This document shows positions 40,531 to 52,309 of a stretch of 64,000 nt of DNA, piece after piece. Source of the stretch: Carcharhinus longimanus (taxonomy: Eukaryota). The DNA is taken from positions 98,978,714 to 99,042,713 of the forward strand of contig JASCQW010000190.1 of the NCBI GenBank assembly GCA_030264375.1, given 5' to 3'. A model generated the notes under the pieces. The model saw only the letters and a list, made by a program, of their open reading frames with translations, was not told where the DNA came from and did no database searches. Both the position numbers and the translations under genes were made by a program. Position 1 is the stretch's first letter. Every line of letters starts with the position of its first letter.

Positions 40531-42559
40531 AACCTGTTTGTGCAGTTCAGCCATCCATGAAATAAGCTCTTCACATTTTTGTTGGAGTTGAAGGGAGATG
40601 GAGTCCTTCTTTAAATCCATTAATGTTCAAGTTGTGAAACTGTCTTCAGGGTGAGTTACAAAGTTTGCATGCATAAAAATTTTATGTCACCGGTGGAGAA
40701 GCTGGTAGGATATAGTGAATATAAAAGTTTTTCTTGTAGTCTTCTATGCTATTGTGCACTATATTGTGAAGAGGCAATAATAAAACACAATACGGTCTGT
40801 CTTCATAGGTTATACAGTCTAGACTATTTATTTTATCTAAACAGGCTGAGAGTTCCAGACAATAAAATTGACAACATAGGTATATTTTTGAGTAAAGTGT
40901 AAATACGCTAAGTTTTTTTTACAATATGTGCTTTGCCTTTCTGTACATTCAAGAACCCTGACTCTCCCGACATTCCTATAGCAAGATCTTATTTCCCGGT
41001 CATTGATTTTAGATAGGAGCTGACTAATGAGCCTCTGTGATTCAACTTGACATCGCCCACTCTCTCAGTTGGTGTCCTCTGGGACCAAGATACTCTACTC
41101 CGATTCAAATATTCGATTTATAACAAATGTAAGTCAGACATAAGCCTATTGTTTTATTTATCAGGTACAAGCACCAGTTGATCTGACTTAACATTCTAGA
41201 TGAGATGAATGCTGTTTGCTGGACTCCACATCTAAGTTACAACCACATTATCCAATGTGCATATTGTTGGAACTTTCATTTTGTTTGTCACAGTTAGCCA
41301 CTCTCATTCACAACTTAAAAGTTCCAACAAGAAATGAATGATGCCCCTTAGATCAGACTAACCAAGTTACAGAGGAAGGGCTCACATAGTTTAGAATCCT
41401 TTTCAGTCCTAAAGTCACATTATCTTCATTGCTCCTATACTGAGTACAAAGTTAAGTTTAAAAACCCCAAGATGTGACCCAGATTCTTTGTATGTGATTG
41501 TTGCAGTGGTTTCAAGTTTTCTCCACAGTGTTCACCTTTATGGTAAATTCAACTGACCTTTATATCTTTAATATAGTTTACACCTGAATTATTTACTGTT
41601 GGGGTGTATGGACATAAACTGGTAGTCAACAGCATTGCAGTACAAGTATCTTTAAGGTATTTCCTTGAACTTTACATAGTTGATCTGCATTTTCTCAGCA
41701 CAGCCAGGTTTTGCATAGCGGTGCTCCCTTTATGACTTCTCACACAGCACTGATGAGCTGGTTAAACAGCCAGTAATTGAGCATATTGCAGTCAATGACA
41801 GCTGGCACTTGTGGTGTGCGCTTGTCTTTCTGGGGTTTTTCAAAATGATTTCCAAATGTGGCTAACTGCTGTATACTGGACCACTACTGTGTTTTCTCAG
41901 CTTGACGTCTCTTGATCAATATCCAGAATCAGCCAGATTTTAGTCTTTGTAACTATAGATTGGTGTTGAACATCAACGTACACACACAACATATTGTGCT
42001 TGTTTGCTCTGTAACAGGCAAATGAAACTCTGTTGCCTTGAAGTCCAAGTGAAATATGTGTAGCTGCGTTTGAGAAATCTAGTTTACGGTTCAGGTACAA
42101 ACATATTTTTATGCAGGCCTGGTACCCTTTAACTATCTAAAACGGAGCTAACAATTTGAGACACATCTTATCAGTATGGTTCATTACTTTTCAAGACCAA
42201 TCTCAAAACTCCTGCAGCCACATATTAAGGATAGTTTTGGCTAAATGGGATGGTGCCTGGAAGTGTGTGGTCATTATGATGCACTTCTAACTCAAGCCCG
42301 TTCAGTTTACTACAGGAAGTATGACAAATTTGTACTGACTGCTTATTTGAAGAAGTCTGACAACACCATGCTTACTTGAATGCAGACCAGCACTAACAAC
42401 CCTGTTCATTGGCTACACACATCTACAGTGAGCCTAGAATTGTAACATCTTGGTACCACTTTAAGTTGCTCCGTAAATCTGAAAGGGGAGGCGCTTTGTG
42501 GCTAGAACCTGTGCTTGCAGTCCTGAAGGAGGTGTATCTGGACTTGGAAACAGTGAAAT

Positions 42560-44250
42560 ATGGAAAAACATGAGAGAAAGCAGGATCTGGAGGTTTCCAT
42601 GTCGCTACAAAGGGTCTGGAGGTTCCCAGAATAAACACCCAAAAGGCAGCGGGAACAGATAGCCATGAAAGTCAATGACAAACGTCAAGCCCAGAGGAGC
42701 TGGATGCAGTGCTGCAAGACATCGAATAACCTCACACAATTGATCAAGGTCACTAAGTGCATCATCAAATGTCATATCGCTCACTGCCCAACAATCTCTA
42801 TAAAATAAGGGTTCACTCTGAACAGTCTCTTCTCACACATTTAGCAATGCTGGAAGGCTCACACGCACATCTCACAGCTTGCACTCACTGTCAAGTATTC
42901 AACCATGGCAGCCACCTCGCCCAAACAGATTGCAGGACACTAACTCACACATTTCCCTCTTTCTTCCAGGACAGGCGGTTCACAACTAGAAGCTAACCAA
43001 AGTCACGTTGCTGCACGTCTTAATTCCAATGAAGTTAGTGGTGCTGGCCATTGTTGTGATATCCATTGATGAGGTCATGGCCAATAGTGGATAAAACCAT
43101 CAAAGATGGCTGCATCCTCAGACATAATCCTCCTTCTCACATCAAAGTCCCCGTTCATTCTGCATTCAGTCTTGAATTATAAGCTGCAGTTCCCCTCATT
43201 CAGCAAAGCACACAGTTCTGTCTTTCTTCTTTCCCAACAGACATAGCATAAGCAGGCAGTGGAGGGGCTGCAGGAAGAGAATGATGACAAAGACACAGCA
43301 TTGTCACTTGATTGCAAAATCATAAGCACCAGCTTAGATACAGACACTGCACACAGCTTGGAGAATAAATTACAGGCAGGAACTGCACATGCTGAGACGC
43401 CAAGCATCAGCCTGCCACAGCCAGGCCAGAAGCAAATATATTTAAAGGGTTTCAGGTTGCTCACAGGTTCTGCTGCAGAGGATGGGCACTTTAAAGGGCT
43501 AGTGTATAGAAGAATTCCAATAGGTATGGTCACAAAATACTTGGAACATTGGCAAGCCTGTCAGAAAGCCTGTGGTCAATGTTGAGGAGTGAGGAGAAGT
43601 TCAACACCAAAATCACACCGGGCTCTTTGTAGAGCTCAAAACCCAACCTTTTCACCATGGAAGTGGTAGATCAAAGGGTATAGGGACAGAAGTAGGCCAT
43701 TCGGCCCATCCAACCTGCTCCACCATTCATGACTGATCTGACAAGATAATCTTCAACCCTACATTCCTGCCTTACTCCCTTGATTCCCTTACTGATTAAA
43801 ATCTGTCTCTCTCAGCCCTGATCAACTCCAAACCCAAACATGGTGCAGCATCAAATGAATGATGTTGCAGCTTCTGCTGTAGCACAAACAGCAGTCACCC
43901 AACATCTGAGCGCTCAGACTGATGTTATGCAAGGTCAGCTCGCTCCCATGCCAGCTTGGACTTCTGCCATCGTGGTTTACAGAGTGTCACAGCTGTCCAG
44001 AAATTTATCCTCCAGCAGATTACTAGTGTTGTTGTGGCGAGGTTTGTTTTATGGGGAGCCTGTGTTTCTCCCTGAGGGAGACAATGTTTACATTTCCATG
44101 CCTGCCACTCCATCAGTACCCATAATGTTGCCAGTCAGCCAGCAAGTTCAAACAACTGCTCTTGCCGAGAGAGTGCAGCAAGTATTTGGACCTTCAAGTT
44201 TAGAGCAACTCAAGATTATTCTCCAATACTGTCTTCAGCATTCTTCACAT
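42560..44250 (+). pseudogene. Decayed Myb/SANT-like DNA-binding gene of a PIF/Harbinger transposon (multi-exon)
   Basis: 42644-42751 translates RQREQIAMKVNDKRQAQRSWMQCCKTSNNLTQLIKV, matching the Harbinger Myb-like pattern W..IA..VN....R.W.QC.K..N.L. It is followed by a degenerate donor (AAG|GTCACT) and polypyrimidine-AG acceptors at 42969 and 43240. Later ORF pieces (43259.., 43840..) are low-complexity or coiled-coil-like. Confidence 0.65.
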
Positions 44251-44459
44251 TAGCCACTGTGCTAGCACTGCAAAGAAGCATAATGACGGGAAAAGGCAGA
44301 GGGAAGACACACATGATTTTACTTATCAATTTGATTTGAAAAAATTATTTTGTGGTGAATTTTACTTTTCCATTATGAACAAAGGATGGTGGGCAACGAT
44401 AGAGAAAAGGTACGGTCTGGAATGTCAACGAATGGGGAATTGAGATTGTAGTTACTTAC

Positions 44460-44835
44460 GTTGGAGTTCCACATGGATAGTACAGGCAGAAAGGGGCTAT
44501 TGAAGTTGTCCCTTCCTCCTCCTCCTCCTCCTCCTCCTTTTGGTCCTGCTCTTCGGCTGGTTGCTGTATGGAAAGGACTGTCCCCTCATAATGGCAGAAT
44601 GCAGGAGAGAATACTGTAAATCTTGACACCTGCTCTGCTGAGTAATGTAGAGCTCTTCCACAGTGCTCCAGAAAGTGCAGGCATTTGTTTCAGCACCCAG
44701 TGCTCTGTGCTATCCCATTTTATGTGGTAAGATAGTTTTCATTGCATGTGCACAGCCCCACGTGTGATTGGGTTGTGCACCAGAGTTATCAGCCTCATTG
44801 TCAGTGGTTAACCCTTGTATCCAGGAGCCACCTTG
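44460..44835 (-). pseudogene. Decayed HARBI1-like DDE transposase, C-terminal part (PIF/Harbinger)
   Basis: The minus strand reads, with frameshifts and stops, WLL(G)YKG*PLTMRLITLVHNPITRGLCTCNENYLTT*NGIAQSTG/VLKQ/..LEHCGRALHYSAEQVSRFTVF/LHSAIMRGQSF, then poly-E. This matches the recalled Harbinger consensus WLLGDKGYPL..WLMTP..NP....E..YN..H..TR..IE..IG.LK.RF.CLD.SGG.LQY.P..V..I...C..LHN.A..RG. Confidence 0.8.
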
Positions 44836-44960
44836 GTGGAAAGGAAAAATAAACAGTAAAAATGGGGCCACCAGAATACTCGCCCAAAATGCTCTTGCGT
44901 TCCGTAAAATGGATCACCAGAAAAAAATGGGAAATAAGAAATATGAGAAGCTGGGAAATA

Positions 44961-45280
44961 GGATGGCATGGTAGCACAGTGGTTCGCACTACTAACTCAC
45001 AGTGCCAGAGTCCTGGGTTCGGTTCCAGCCTTAGGTGATTGTCTGTGTGGAGTTTACACATTCTCCCCGTGTCTGCGGGTGTTTCGGTTTCCTCCCACAC
45101 TCCAAAGGTGTCTGGGTTAGGTTGATTGACCATGCTAAATTTCCCCTTATTGTCCGGGGGACTAGCTAGGGTAAATAACATGGGGTTACCGGGATAAGGC
45201 CTGGGTGGGATTGTTGTCAATGGAGGCTCGATTGGCTGAATCCTTCTTCTGCACTGTAGGAATTTTATGATGCTTCTATG
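44961..45280 (+). mobile_element. V-SINE, HE1-like (tail A)
   Basis: A/B boxes, V-domain and CR1-type tail. Confidence 0.85.
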
Positions 45281-46149
45281 AAGAACACTGATCTGAACTG
45301 TTTCTTCCGATTGGGTTTTGATACGTTAGAGTGGCTCAAATGCAGCTGCATGGGAACTGCTTCAGAATGAAGACATCACAACTGCTGCCAGGATATTGGG
45401 CCCTGATCTGCAAGATATGCTGCCGTTAGTGGCATAGCAACTTACTATTAAGAGAGTGAAACTTTTTGGTTCTGGGAAAGGGTAGAGCTGCCAGGAAAGC
45501 AAAGTTAATGACACTCTATACCATATGAAGTCACGTTCTCACTGTGCCTGGTTGTCTCTGACAAGAGTGAATAAGATACATTTAGCTCTCTTGAATAGGA
45601 AATGACTTTTCTTCTGTCAAACTGTGAGACGTTGCTAACTGGCATTATTCTGGAATGAACCAGATGGATAAAAATTGATCACTACAGTCACCTTGGCGGT
45701 GGTCTACCACTGGTAAACCAATCTTTGCCCTGCTCTGATGCTCCATTTGTGGCTTCATTAGGTAACAAATCTTCTTGCTGAATCGTGCCTTGATCACAAG
45801 GTAAGGTAATTGCTCTCGGAACCTTGGGCATATATAACCTCCAGTTCAGAATTCTACTCCTCCTTTCTTGTCCAGCTGCTTATCCTTCACTGTGTTGCTT
45901 TTGTCATTCTCCCAATCATGCTGTATTTCAAGGGGAATATCAACTAATGAACCCATGTCTGTGAGCACCTAGCTTGCAAAGAAACTTTCACATAAGTAAA
46001 AAGAAATCTTTGAGCCCACATCATTTGCTGCAGAAGTTTGAAACTTGAAATACCTACAGAAAGCACTTAATGCATGTAGAATCATAACAACAGCCAGATG
46101 AAATCAAGGAGTAACTAACCTGTAGGTAGTTGGTGACTTTTACAGGAAG

Positions 46150-46617
46150 TATTCCTTTTGGTGGTTTCACAACTTGATACAGCTCCTGCTCTGCACAAGG
46201 CCGCAAGTAACCACAAAAGGTCGTGAATGTAGCCCAATCCATCATGCAAACCAGCCTCCCATCCATTAACTCTGTCTACACTTTCTGCTGCCTCGGCAAA
46301 GGACCCTAATTAAGGACCCTACGCACCCAGGACATTTTCTCTTCCATCTTCTTCCATTGGGTAAAAGATACAAAAGTTTGAGNNNNNNNNNNNNNCGACC
46401 AACTCAAGAACAGCTTCTTCCCTGCTGCCATCAGACATTTGAATGGATCTACCTTGCATTAAGTTGATCTTTCTCGACATCCTAGCTATAACTGTAACAC
46501 ACCATTCTGCACTGACTCATTTCCTTCTCTATGAATAGTATGCTTTGTCTGTATAGTGCGCCAGAAACACTTCTCACTGTATTCTAATACATGTGACAGT
46601 AATAAATCAAATCAAAT
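46150..46617 (+). mobile_element. Rex1/Babar LINE 3' end
   Basis: QKVVNVAQSI.QT.LPSI.SVYT..CL.K..IKDPTHPGH.LF.LLP.GKRY.S....QLKNSFFPAA.R; tail AATAAATCAAATCAAAT. Confidence 0.8.
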
Positions 46618-46844
46618 AGTGCATGTGGGCAGGATGGGAGGTGGAGTCATGCAAATCAGTGTTCTAGGATGATTGACATTTTCATCTTCCATTGGACCTG
46701 CACTATGTGCTTGCTAATGATCTCACCAATGTGGCATTCAGCACAATTCACCCATAAGTATATACATGATGGATGGCCTGCCTGTACATAGATTGCTTGA
46801 GGTTGCAGTCCCTATTTAGTTATTTGAAGGGGCTGCCCCTTATC

Positions 46845-47580
46845 CTTTTTTAGGAACAGTAATGGATTAGGTAAAGCAAGTCAGATTATTACCATCGAAA
46901 AAGTGTTGCATTTCATCCCTATGTTCCTAAGCTTTGATCATCAACTGTGGAAGGGAAGGCAGGAGGGAAGAGGGCCTCCTTGTGGGTTTGTTTCTGGGTC
47001 TAGCCCAGTTAGCCATTAACAGGTCTGGGCAGCATGCAGTCAAGGGAGTCATCCAACCCGTCTGTCCCCCTACTGTGGCTACATTCACGGCTGGGTGGCC
47101 TTGGAGTGGGAGAACATGATGTCCACTGGTTTGCTTCAGGCTTTCTGAGACCACTGGGAGCAATGGGGGCTGGGGTGTATCATCACCCCCAGGAATGACA
47201 CTTCAGTTTAACTTGTTAAGTTTCTTTTTGAAGCTTTGTTTTAGTTACAGTGCCCCACCAGGGACTGTCACCTGTCATTTTTGCTTAATTTATTGACTTC
47301 TTTTAATCTAATAAAAGAGTATATAATGAACCCCATTTTGGAACTGTGGAGCGCAAGTACTGGCCATAAAACAGGCATTAACAAGCACAATTGCTCCTTC
47401 ATTCTCTTTCCTACAATAAGCAGCACTCTAAAAATGAAAGACATTTGTTAAGTAGCCTGCCTAGGAAAACATTTTTGATAAAAAGTAAGGACCTTATGTT
47501 ACAGAAGGAAACTTTAACTTTTTTAGGAACAGTAATGGATTAGGTAAAGCAAGTCAGCTTATTACCATCGAAAAAGTGTT
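46845..47580. repeat. 63 bp direct repeat pair (46845-46907, 47518-47580), one mismatch
   Basis: CTTTTTTAGGAACAGTAATGGATTAGGTAAAGCAAGTCAG(A/C)TTATTACCATCGAAAAAGTGTT. Confidence 0.95.
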
Positions 47581-47875
47581 CAGCTTAACTATATTTAATT
47601 TACAGAGAACTGGGAGAAGTGACCATGAGTCAGAATTCAAGAATAGTTCTCTAGAATTCAAGTAGAACTATTCTTGAAATCTAGATACCATGTATTCCAA
47701 TGGATATAGGTTGCATGGCTTTGATTTGACAAATTATGCTGCCAACTTTATCTCAGAAATGTGGCTGTCTGGGATGTTTTAGCATTTTCTTCTCTTAAGA
47801 GATTTAAGTTGAAGAGTGACCACTGCAGTATGTGTTTTGCACAATCTGTTTTGGTCTTTACTTAATGGACTTAAG

Positions 47876-48198
47876 GGGTACCACGGAGACACAGCGGTTA
47901 GCATTGCTGCCTCACAGCACCAGGGACCCAGGTTCAATTCTGGCCTTGGGTGACTCCCTGTGTGGAATTTGCACGTTCTCCCTGTGCCTGCGAGGCTTTC
48001 TTCTGGCTGCTCCGGTTCCCTCCCAAACGCCAAAGGGTTAGGTTGATTGGCCATGCTAAATTGCCCCTTGGTGTCAGGAAAATTAGCAAGGCAAATACAT
48101 GAGGTTACAGAGATAGGGCCTGGTTGGGACTGCTGTCGGTGCAGTCTCAATGGACCAAATGGCCTGCTTCTGTACTGTAAGGATCCTATGATTCTATG
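47876..48198 (+). mobile_element. V-SINE, HE1-like (tail A)
   Basis: A/B boxes, V-domain and CR1-type tail. Confidence 0.85.
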
Positions 48199-49589
48199 AC
48201 TGATCATTTTCATCCCTTCCTATCCTGTGTTCATATATGATTGTCTGCTAAAATTGGCAGTTGAGTATCGTGCCAATTATAGATCAAATGCATGCATAGT
48301 TACTTTTGTGTAACATTCTGATGAGGGTGTTTCCATGTTAAAATCAAATTTCGTAGGACAATAGTGTATAGTTTACAATAAATGGGTTAGTATGTTATAG
48401 TTTTTGTATTTGTTTTACTTGATAGTGGAGTTGTTACAGATTTTAAAAGTCTTCAAAATCTAATCCAATAGTTCACAAACTTGGGTTTGTGGACCTTCGG
48501 GTGTCTACAGGAAGTCCACAAAATAATCAATAATGTTGCTGGGCTCGTGCTGAACGTATTTTACCAACTGTGACAGAGGGACATCTGATATTAACAATAA
48601 CATGCTCCACTACAGTTATTTTCCAATACGACTAAATATACAATGATTTATAATGGTCAGTGCAGAAGGAGGCTCTGACTCCTCAGCATCTTGAGAGCTG
48701 TACAGTTGGTAATTATGTCCTGGTTGCACTATGGTTGAGCAATGGTCAAATAAGAAATAAGCAGCAGCTGGAGCAGGTCTTGCTGTAAGCTGGGAGACAG
48801 GAGTGGGCTGCATCCGCCACAGGTGCAGGATAGACTGGGCTGGCTGTCTCACTGAGGAGAGGAGCATGCATAGATGGGCACTGAGTCACTAATCTCCCCT
48901 AACTGTAGAGATGGGATAAAATGCTCTGTCAGAGAGTCAGTGAGACTCAATGGGCTGAACAGCATCCTCCTGCACTAAAGGGATTCTGTGATTCTAAGAG
49001 TGGCATAAACATGCCAGAAGTTTATCAATAACAATGTTTGTGACTCCACCATGCTGCAGCTTTGGAGTGAGATGGGGTATTGCAGTATTCTAGACATTTC
49101 ATGGGGGGAAAAAAATACCTATTTTAGATCATAATAGTGTAGACTTTACCGCTGCTGATAATGGGATTAGAATTAAAACATTTGAAGGGAAATCACATTA
49201 TTAAAACATGCTGAACCTTTTCATTGTTTTATGATATTACATTACAATTTCGATGGGAAGGTCTGTTATTACTGATCTATTTGAAAAGAGGCTCTTCAAA
49301 TAAAATCATTTGAGAACTCTGATTCAATGTAATCACCCTTATATCAGTGGAGAAGTATCTTATCCTGAATTTCTAACACAAATCAACAATGATATGGCAT
49401 CAAAAGTGATGTGTTACTTAGTTGATCCGAAATGCTTATTATTTCTCTTCTGTTTCTGCTGAATAGTGACTTTACTTGATGATTTTATAGTCGTAGAATT
49501 ACATTTGACCAAAAAAACCTGATCCAGAAGAAAAAAATGTAATAGTTTATGTTTAAGTAAACAGCGCTCCATATTTATTAAGGGAATTA

Positions 49590-49910
49590 TTGAGGCGCAG
49601 TGGGTCATGACCCTGCCGCTGAGCCAGAAGCTTGGGTTTTGAGTCCCACCCCAGGACTTGATGTCCAAGAAAGATGTGTTCATGACGGGGACAACAGGTT
49701 GAGTATCAACCTGCAAAATCCTTCCAATACATGCTAATGGCTGGCAGTGAGAGTGAGAGAGACTTCTGGCCAACCATGCTTGGTGTGGAGTGGCACCCTC
49801 AAGCTATAAGCCTCTGGCATCAGGGTGGTGACCTGCTCCAGGAAAAAAATCTCGCTATGGAAACAGATGAAAGTCTGCCTTGTGCACCATGAGGTGTGAG
49901 AAGATAAACA
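49590..49910 (+). mobile_element. tRNA-derived SINE, fourth family (related copy ~13368-13640)
   Basis: Both copies share CTGAG(C/G)CAGAAGCT.GGG.TT..AGTCCCAC...TTGATG...AACAGGTTGA.TATC. Confidence 0.6.
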
Positions 49911-50029
49911 ACAACATTAATTGCATGGCTGTATGCTCTAAGCCTTATGTTATGCAATCATTCGATAGATTAATATGAAAGCTGACTGTCAATTTGAAAG
50001 CCCTAGGAAAGTATCATCATTCTCTCCGG

Positions 50030-50680
50030 GCTCAGAAGTATGTTGTATTAAGCCCCACTAAAACATTTGAACACTTATTCATAGCTGTCAGTCCTGTACA
50101 GGACTGAGGGAGGGCTACCTCTTGGAAGTGCCAACTTTCAAATCAGACATTAAACTGAGGTTCTGTCTGATCTCTAAAGTGATCAGAGTGGCCTCATGGT
50201 GTCAGGGACCTGGGTTCAATTCCCAGCTTGGGTCACTGTCTGTGTGGATTTTGCATGTTCTCCCTGTGTCTGTGTGGGTTTCCTCTGGGTAGTCTGGTTC
50301 CCTCCCACATTCTGAAAGATGTGCTGGTTAGGTGCATTGACCTGAACAGGTGCCTGAGTGTGGTGACTAGGGGAATTTTATAGTAACTTCACTGCAGTGT
50401 TAATGTAAGCCGTACTTGTGACTTAAAAATTATAAGAGATTGCATGACATTATTGAAAGAGCAAAAGACTTCTGTCATTGTTCTGGTCAATATTTCTCCC
50501 TCAACTAAAACCAGCAGAAGAAAGTATCTATTTCATTTCCTGTTAGTTTGCTGTGTGCAAATTGGCTGTTGTGCATGTTGCAGCAGCAATTGTATTTCAG
50601 ATAATAGTTAATTAGCTGTGAAATGTTTCAGAACATCGTAAGAACAGGGAACACTAAAATGCAAAGTTTCTTTTCAGTGA
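50030..50680 (+). mobile_element. DeuSINE-like element split by a V-SINE
   Basis: Colinear with 31060-31450 on both sides of the insert (GACTGAGGGAGGGCT...ACATTAAACTGAGG; TGGTCAATATTTCTCCCTCAACTAAAACC...TTGCTGTGTGCAAATTGGCTG). Confidence 0.65.
50185..50425 (+). mobile_element. V-SINE (tail B) nested in a DeuSINE-like element
   Basis: B box GGTTCAATTCC, V-domain and tail B. Confidence 0.8.
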
Positions 50681-51219
50681 TGCGTTTTTTTTAAAACAGG
50701 AAACAGGAGGCGCAGTGGAAACATTGTTTCAAGCATTATAAAATCGATGTTGAAACATACTACAGGAACCCCAACTCTGTGCAAAGTGTTGGAAACACAA
50801 CCTTTCAGTCAGCAAATAAATTAGCGCTTTGCCCACAACCCATTCCTCACAAGTGTAAGGGGCAGAAAAGGCATTTCAATGCAACGAGTAAAAGACAGAG
50901 AAATCTAATGCATAGAAAAAAGCAAGCCTGCCAGGGTGAGTGGAATTGTGTAGCACATCTCACCTCAGTCAAGTAAGACTTAACCGGGCAGGAATATTAC
51001 AGCATTGCAGACATCAAGGGTGTGTGGAGATGTATGGAAGTGGGGAGGGAGATGTGAGGATTTTTGAGTGAGCTGCAAAAAAAATATAATTCTGGATCAT
51101 TTAGGATGAGTAAGTAGGTGATTCCGCGTTGTTTTTTTTATTTCTGCTTTTTTGGACATTGATGCAAAGGTGTTCTTCAATTTCTATTCCCAAAGAATTT
51201 CTCGGGACCAACTGGGAAG

Positions 51220-51480
51220 GGAAGGCTCCGCCTTCCTTTGTTACGTCAGGGTGGGAGGAAGCCAATGGGGTGTAGATATGTAGATTAGGAGGGGTGGCGG
51301 TGGTGCGGGAGTCCCGCCCGCCCGCAGGCACTGTGGATTGGTCGGTGCGGCGGCCGGTGGGAGGTGCGCCTGGCTGGGGCACGGAGGGAGAGGGGGGCCG
51401 GCGGCGGCCGCTGAGTGGATGCGGCAGGCGTCGCTCAGGCGGTGCGGGGCTATCAAGTTGCGGCGGAGCCGGAGACAGAG
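51220..51480 (+). promoter_or_regulatory. CpG-rich TATA-less promoter of the protocadherin gene
   Basis: Sharp rise in GC and CpG against an AT-rich background. CRE/ATF-like TTACGTCA at 51241-51248, CCAAT at 51262-51266, reverse CCAAT (ATTGG) at 51337-51341, GC box CCGCCC at 51314-51319. Lies ~1 kb upstream of the coding exon. Confidence 0.75.
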
Positions 51481-51731
51481 CTGCAAAGCCGGGGAGAGCT
51501 GAGTTCGTGCAGTAGCAGCGGCAGCAGCAGCTCCAACTCAGGACGCACAGATAGACGAGAGAGAGAGAGGAGGAGAGGCGCAAGCTGAGTAGCAACAAAA
51601 TCCACCTCCTGCCAACTTCAGCACCCAGACAGCAGCATGTCTCCTCCCGCAAGACACAGCTTGACCTGACTTTTTCCCCCCAGTTCTTCTCTTTTTTTTT
51701 ATTGAAGAAAACAGCGTTTCCCCCAAAAGAG
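51460..51731 (+). other. Putative non-coding first exon (5' UTR)
   Basis: Follows the promoter and contains CAG/GAG-rich leader sequence. Candidate donor GAG|GTGAAA at 51731/51732 would pair with the strong acceptor at 52309. TSS and donor are inferred. Confidence 0.4.
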
Positions 51732-51782
51732 GTGAAAAAGGAGAGAGGTGTGTGTGTGTACGAGAGAAGGCTTGTTCTAAAT

Positions 51783-52090
51783 GCTTGTTTTAAATGTTTC
51801 AGTTTGGGTGGGAAAAAAGTAATGTCTTGCTTCAAATATTACAGTTCGGGTGGGGGGAAAAAATAAAAATAATCGCTTTAAATAAAGCAGTTTGGGTGAA
51901 TGAAAATAACCTTGCTTTAAATATTACAGTTTGGGTGGGAAAAAAATAAAAATAATTGCTTTCAATGTTACAGTTTGGGTGGAAAACGATAAAAAATAAT
52001 TGATTGCTTTCAGTGTTTCGGTTGGTGGGAAAAATAAAATTGTTGGCGTTTAGATCTTTCAATTCGGTTGGGAAAAATAATAACTGCTCG
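51783..52090. repeat. Degenerate minisatellite, ~7 units of ~40-48 bp
   Basis: Repeated unit approximates GCTTTAAATATTACAGTTTGGGTGGGAAAAAAATAAAAATAATT. Confidence 0.8.
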
Positions 52091-52243
52091 TTCTGAAGTG
52101 TGCAGAAGCTCAGATTTTGCAATGCATTGCACTTGGCAGCGCGATCCGCTGTTAAAAAGAGTTTGAAATATTCCCCCTCGAAATATTCCTGTAATTTTGC
52201 ATGTCTTTATTTTTTTTTCTCCCAAATGTACTTGTAATTGAAG

Positions 52244-52309
52244 TTTTTAATTAAGTTTTTCTCTCTCTGTTTTTTCTCTCTCCCCCCCACCCCTGTCTCC
52301 TGTTTGCAG
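52244..52309 (+). promoter_or_regulatory. 3' splice acceptor of the large protocadherin exon
   Basis: A ~50 nt polypyrimidine tract ends in TGTTTGCAG (AG at 52308-52309), with a TTAAT branch-like motif just upstream; 141 nt before the ATG. Confidence 0.75.

Noticed and set aside
51101-51835. 244 aa minus-strand ORF over the promoter
   Set aside because: TTG start and low complexity from the CpG island and simple repeats; a non-coding antisense transcript cannot be excluded.
51783-52090. CRISPR-like repeat array
   Set aside because: Units are contiguous and degenerate with no unique spacers, there are no cas genes, and the context is eukaryotic.
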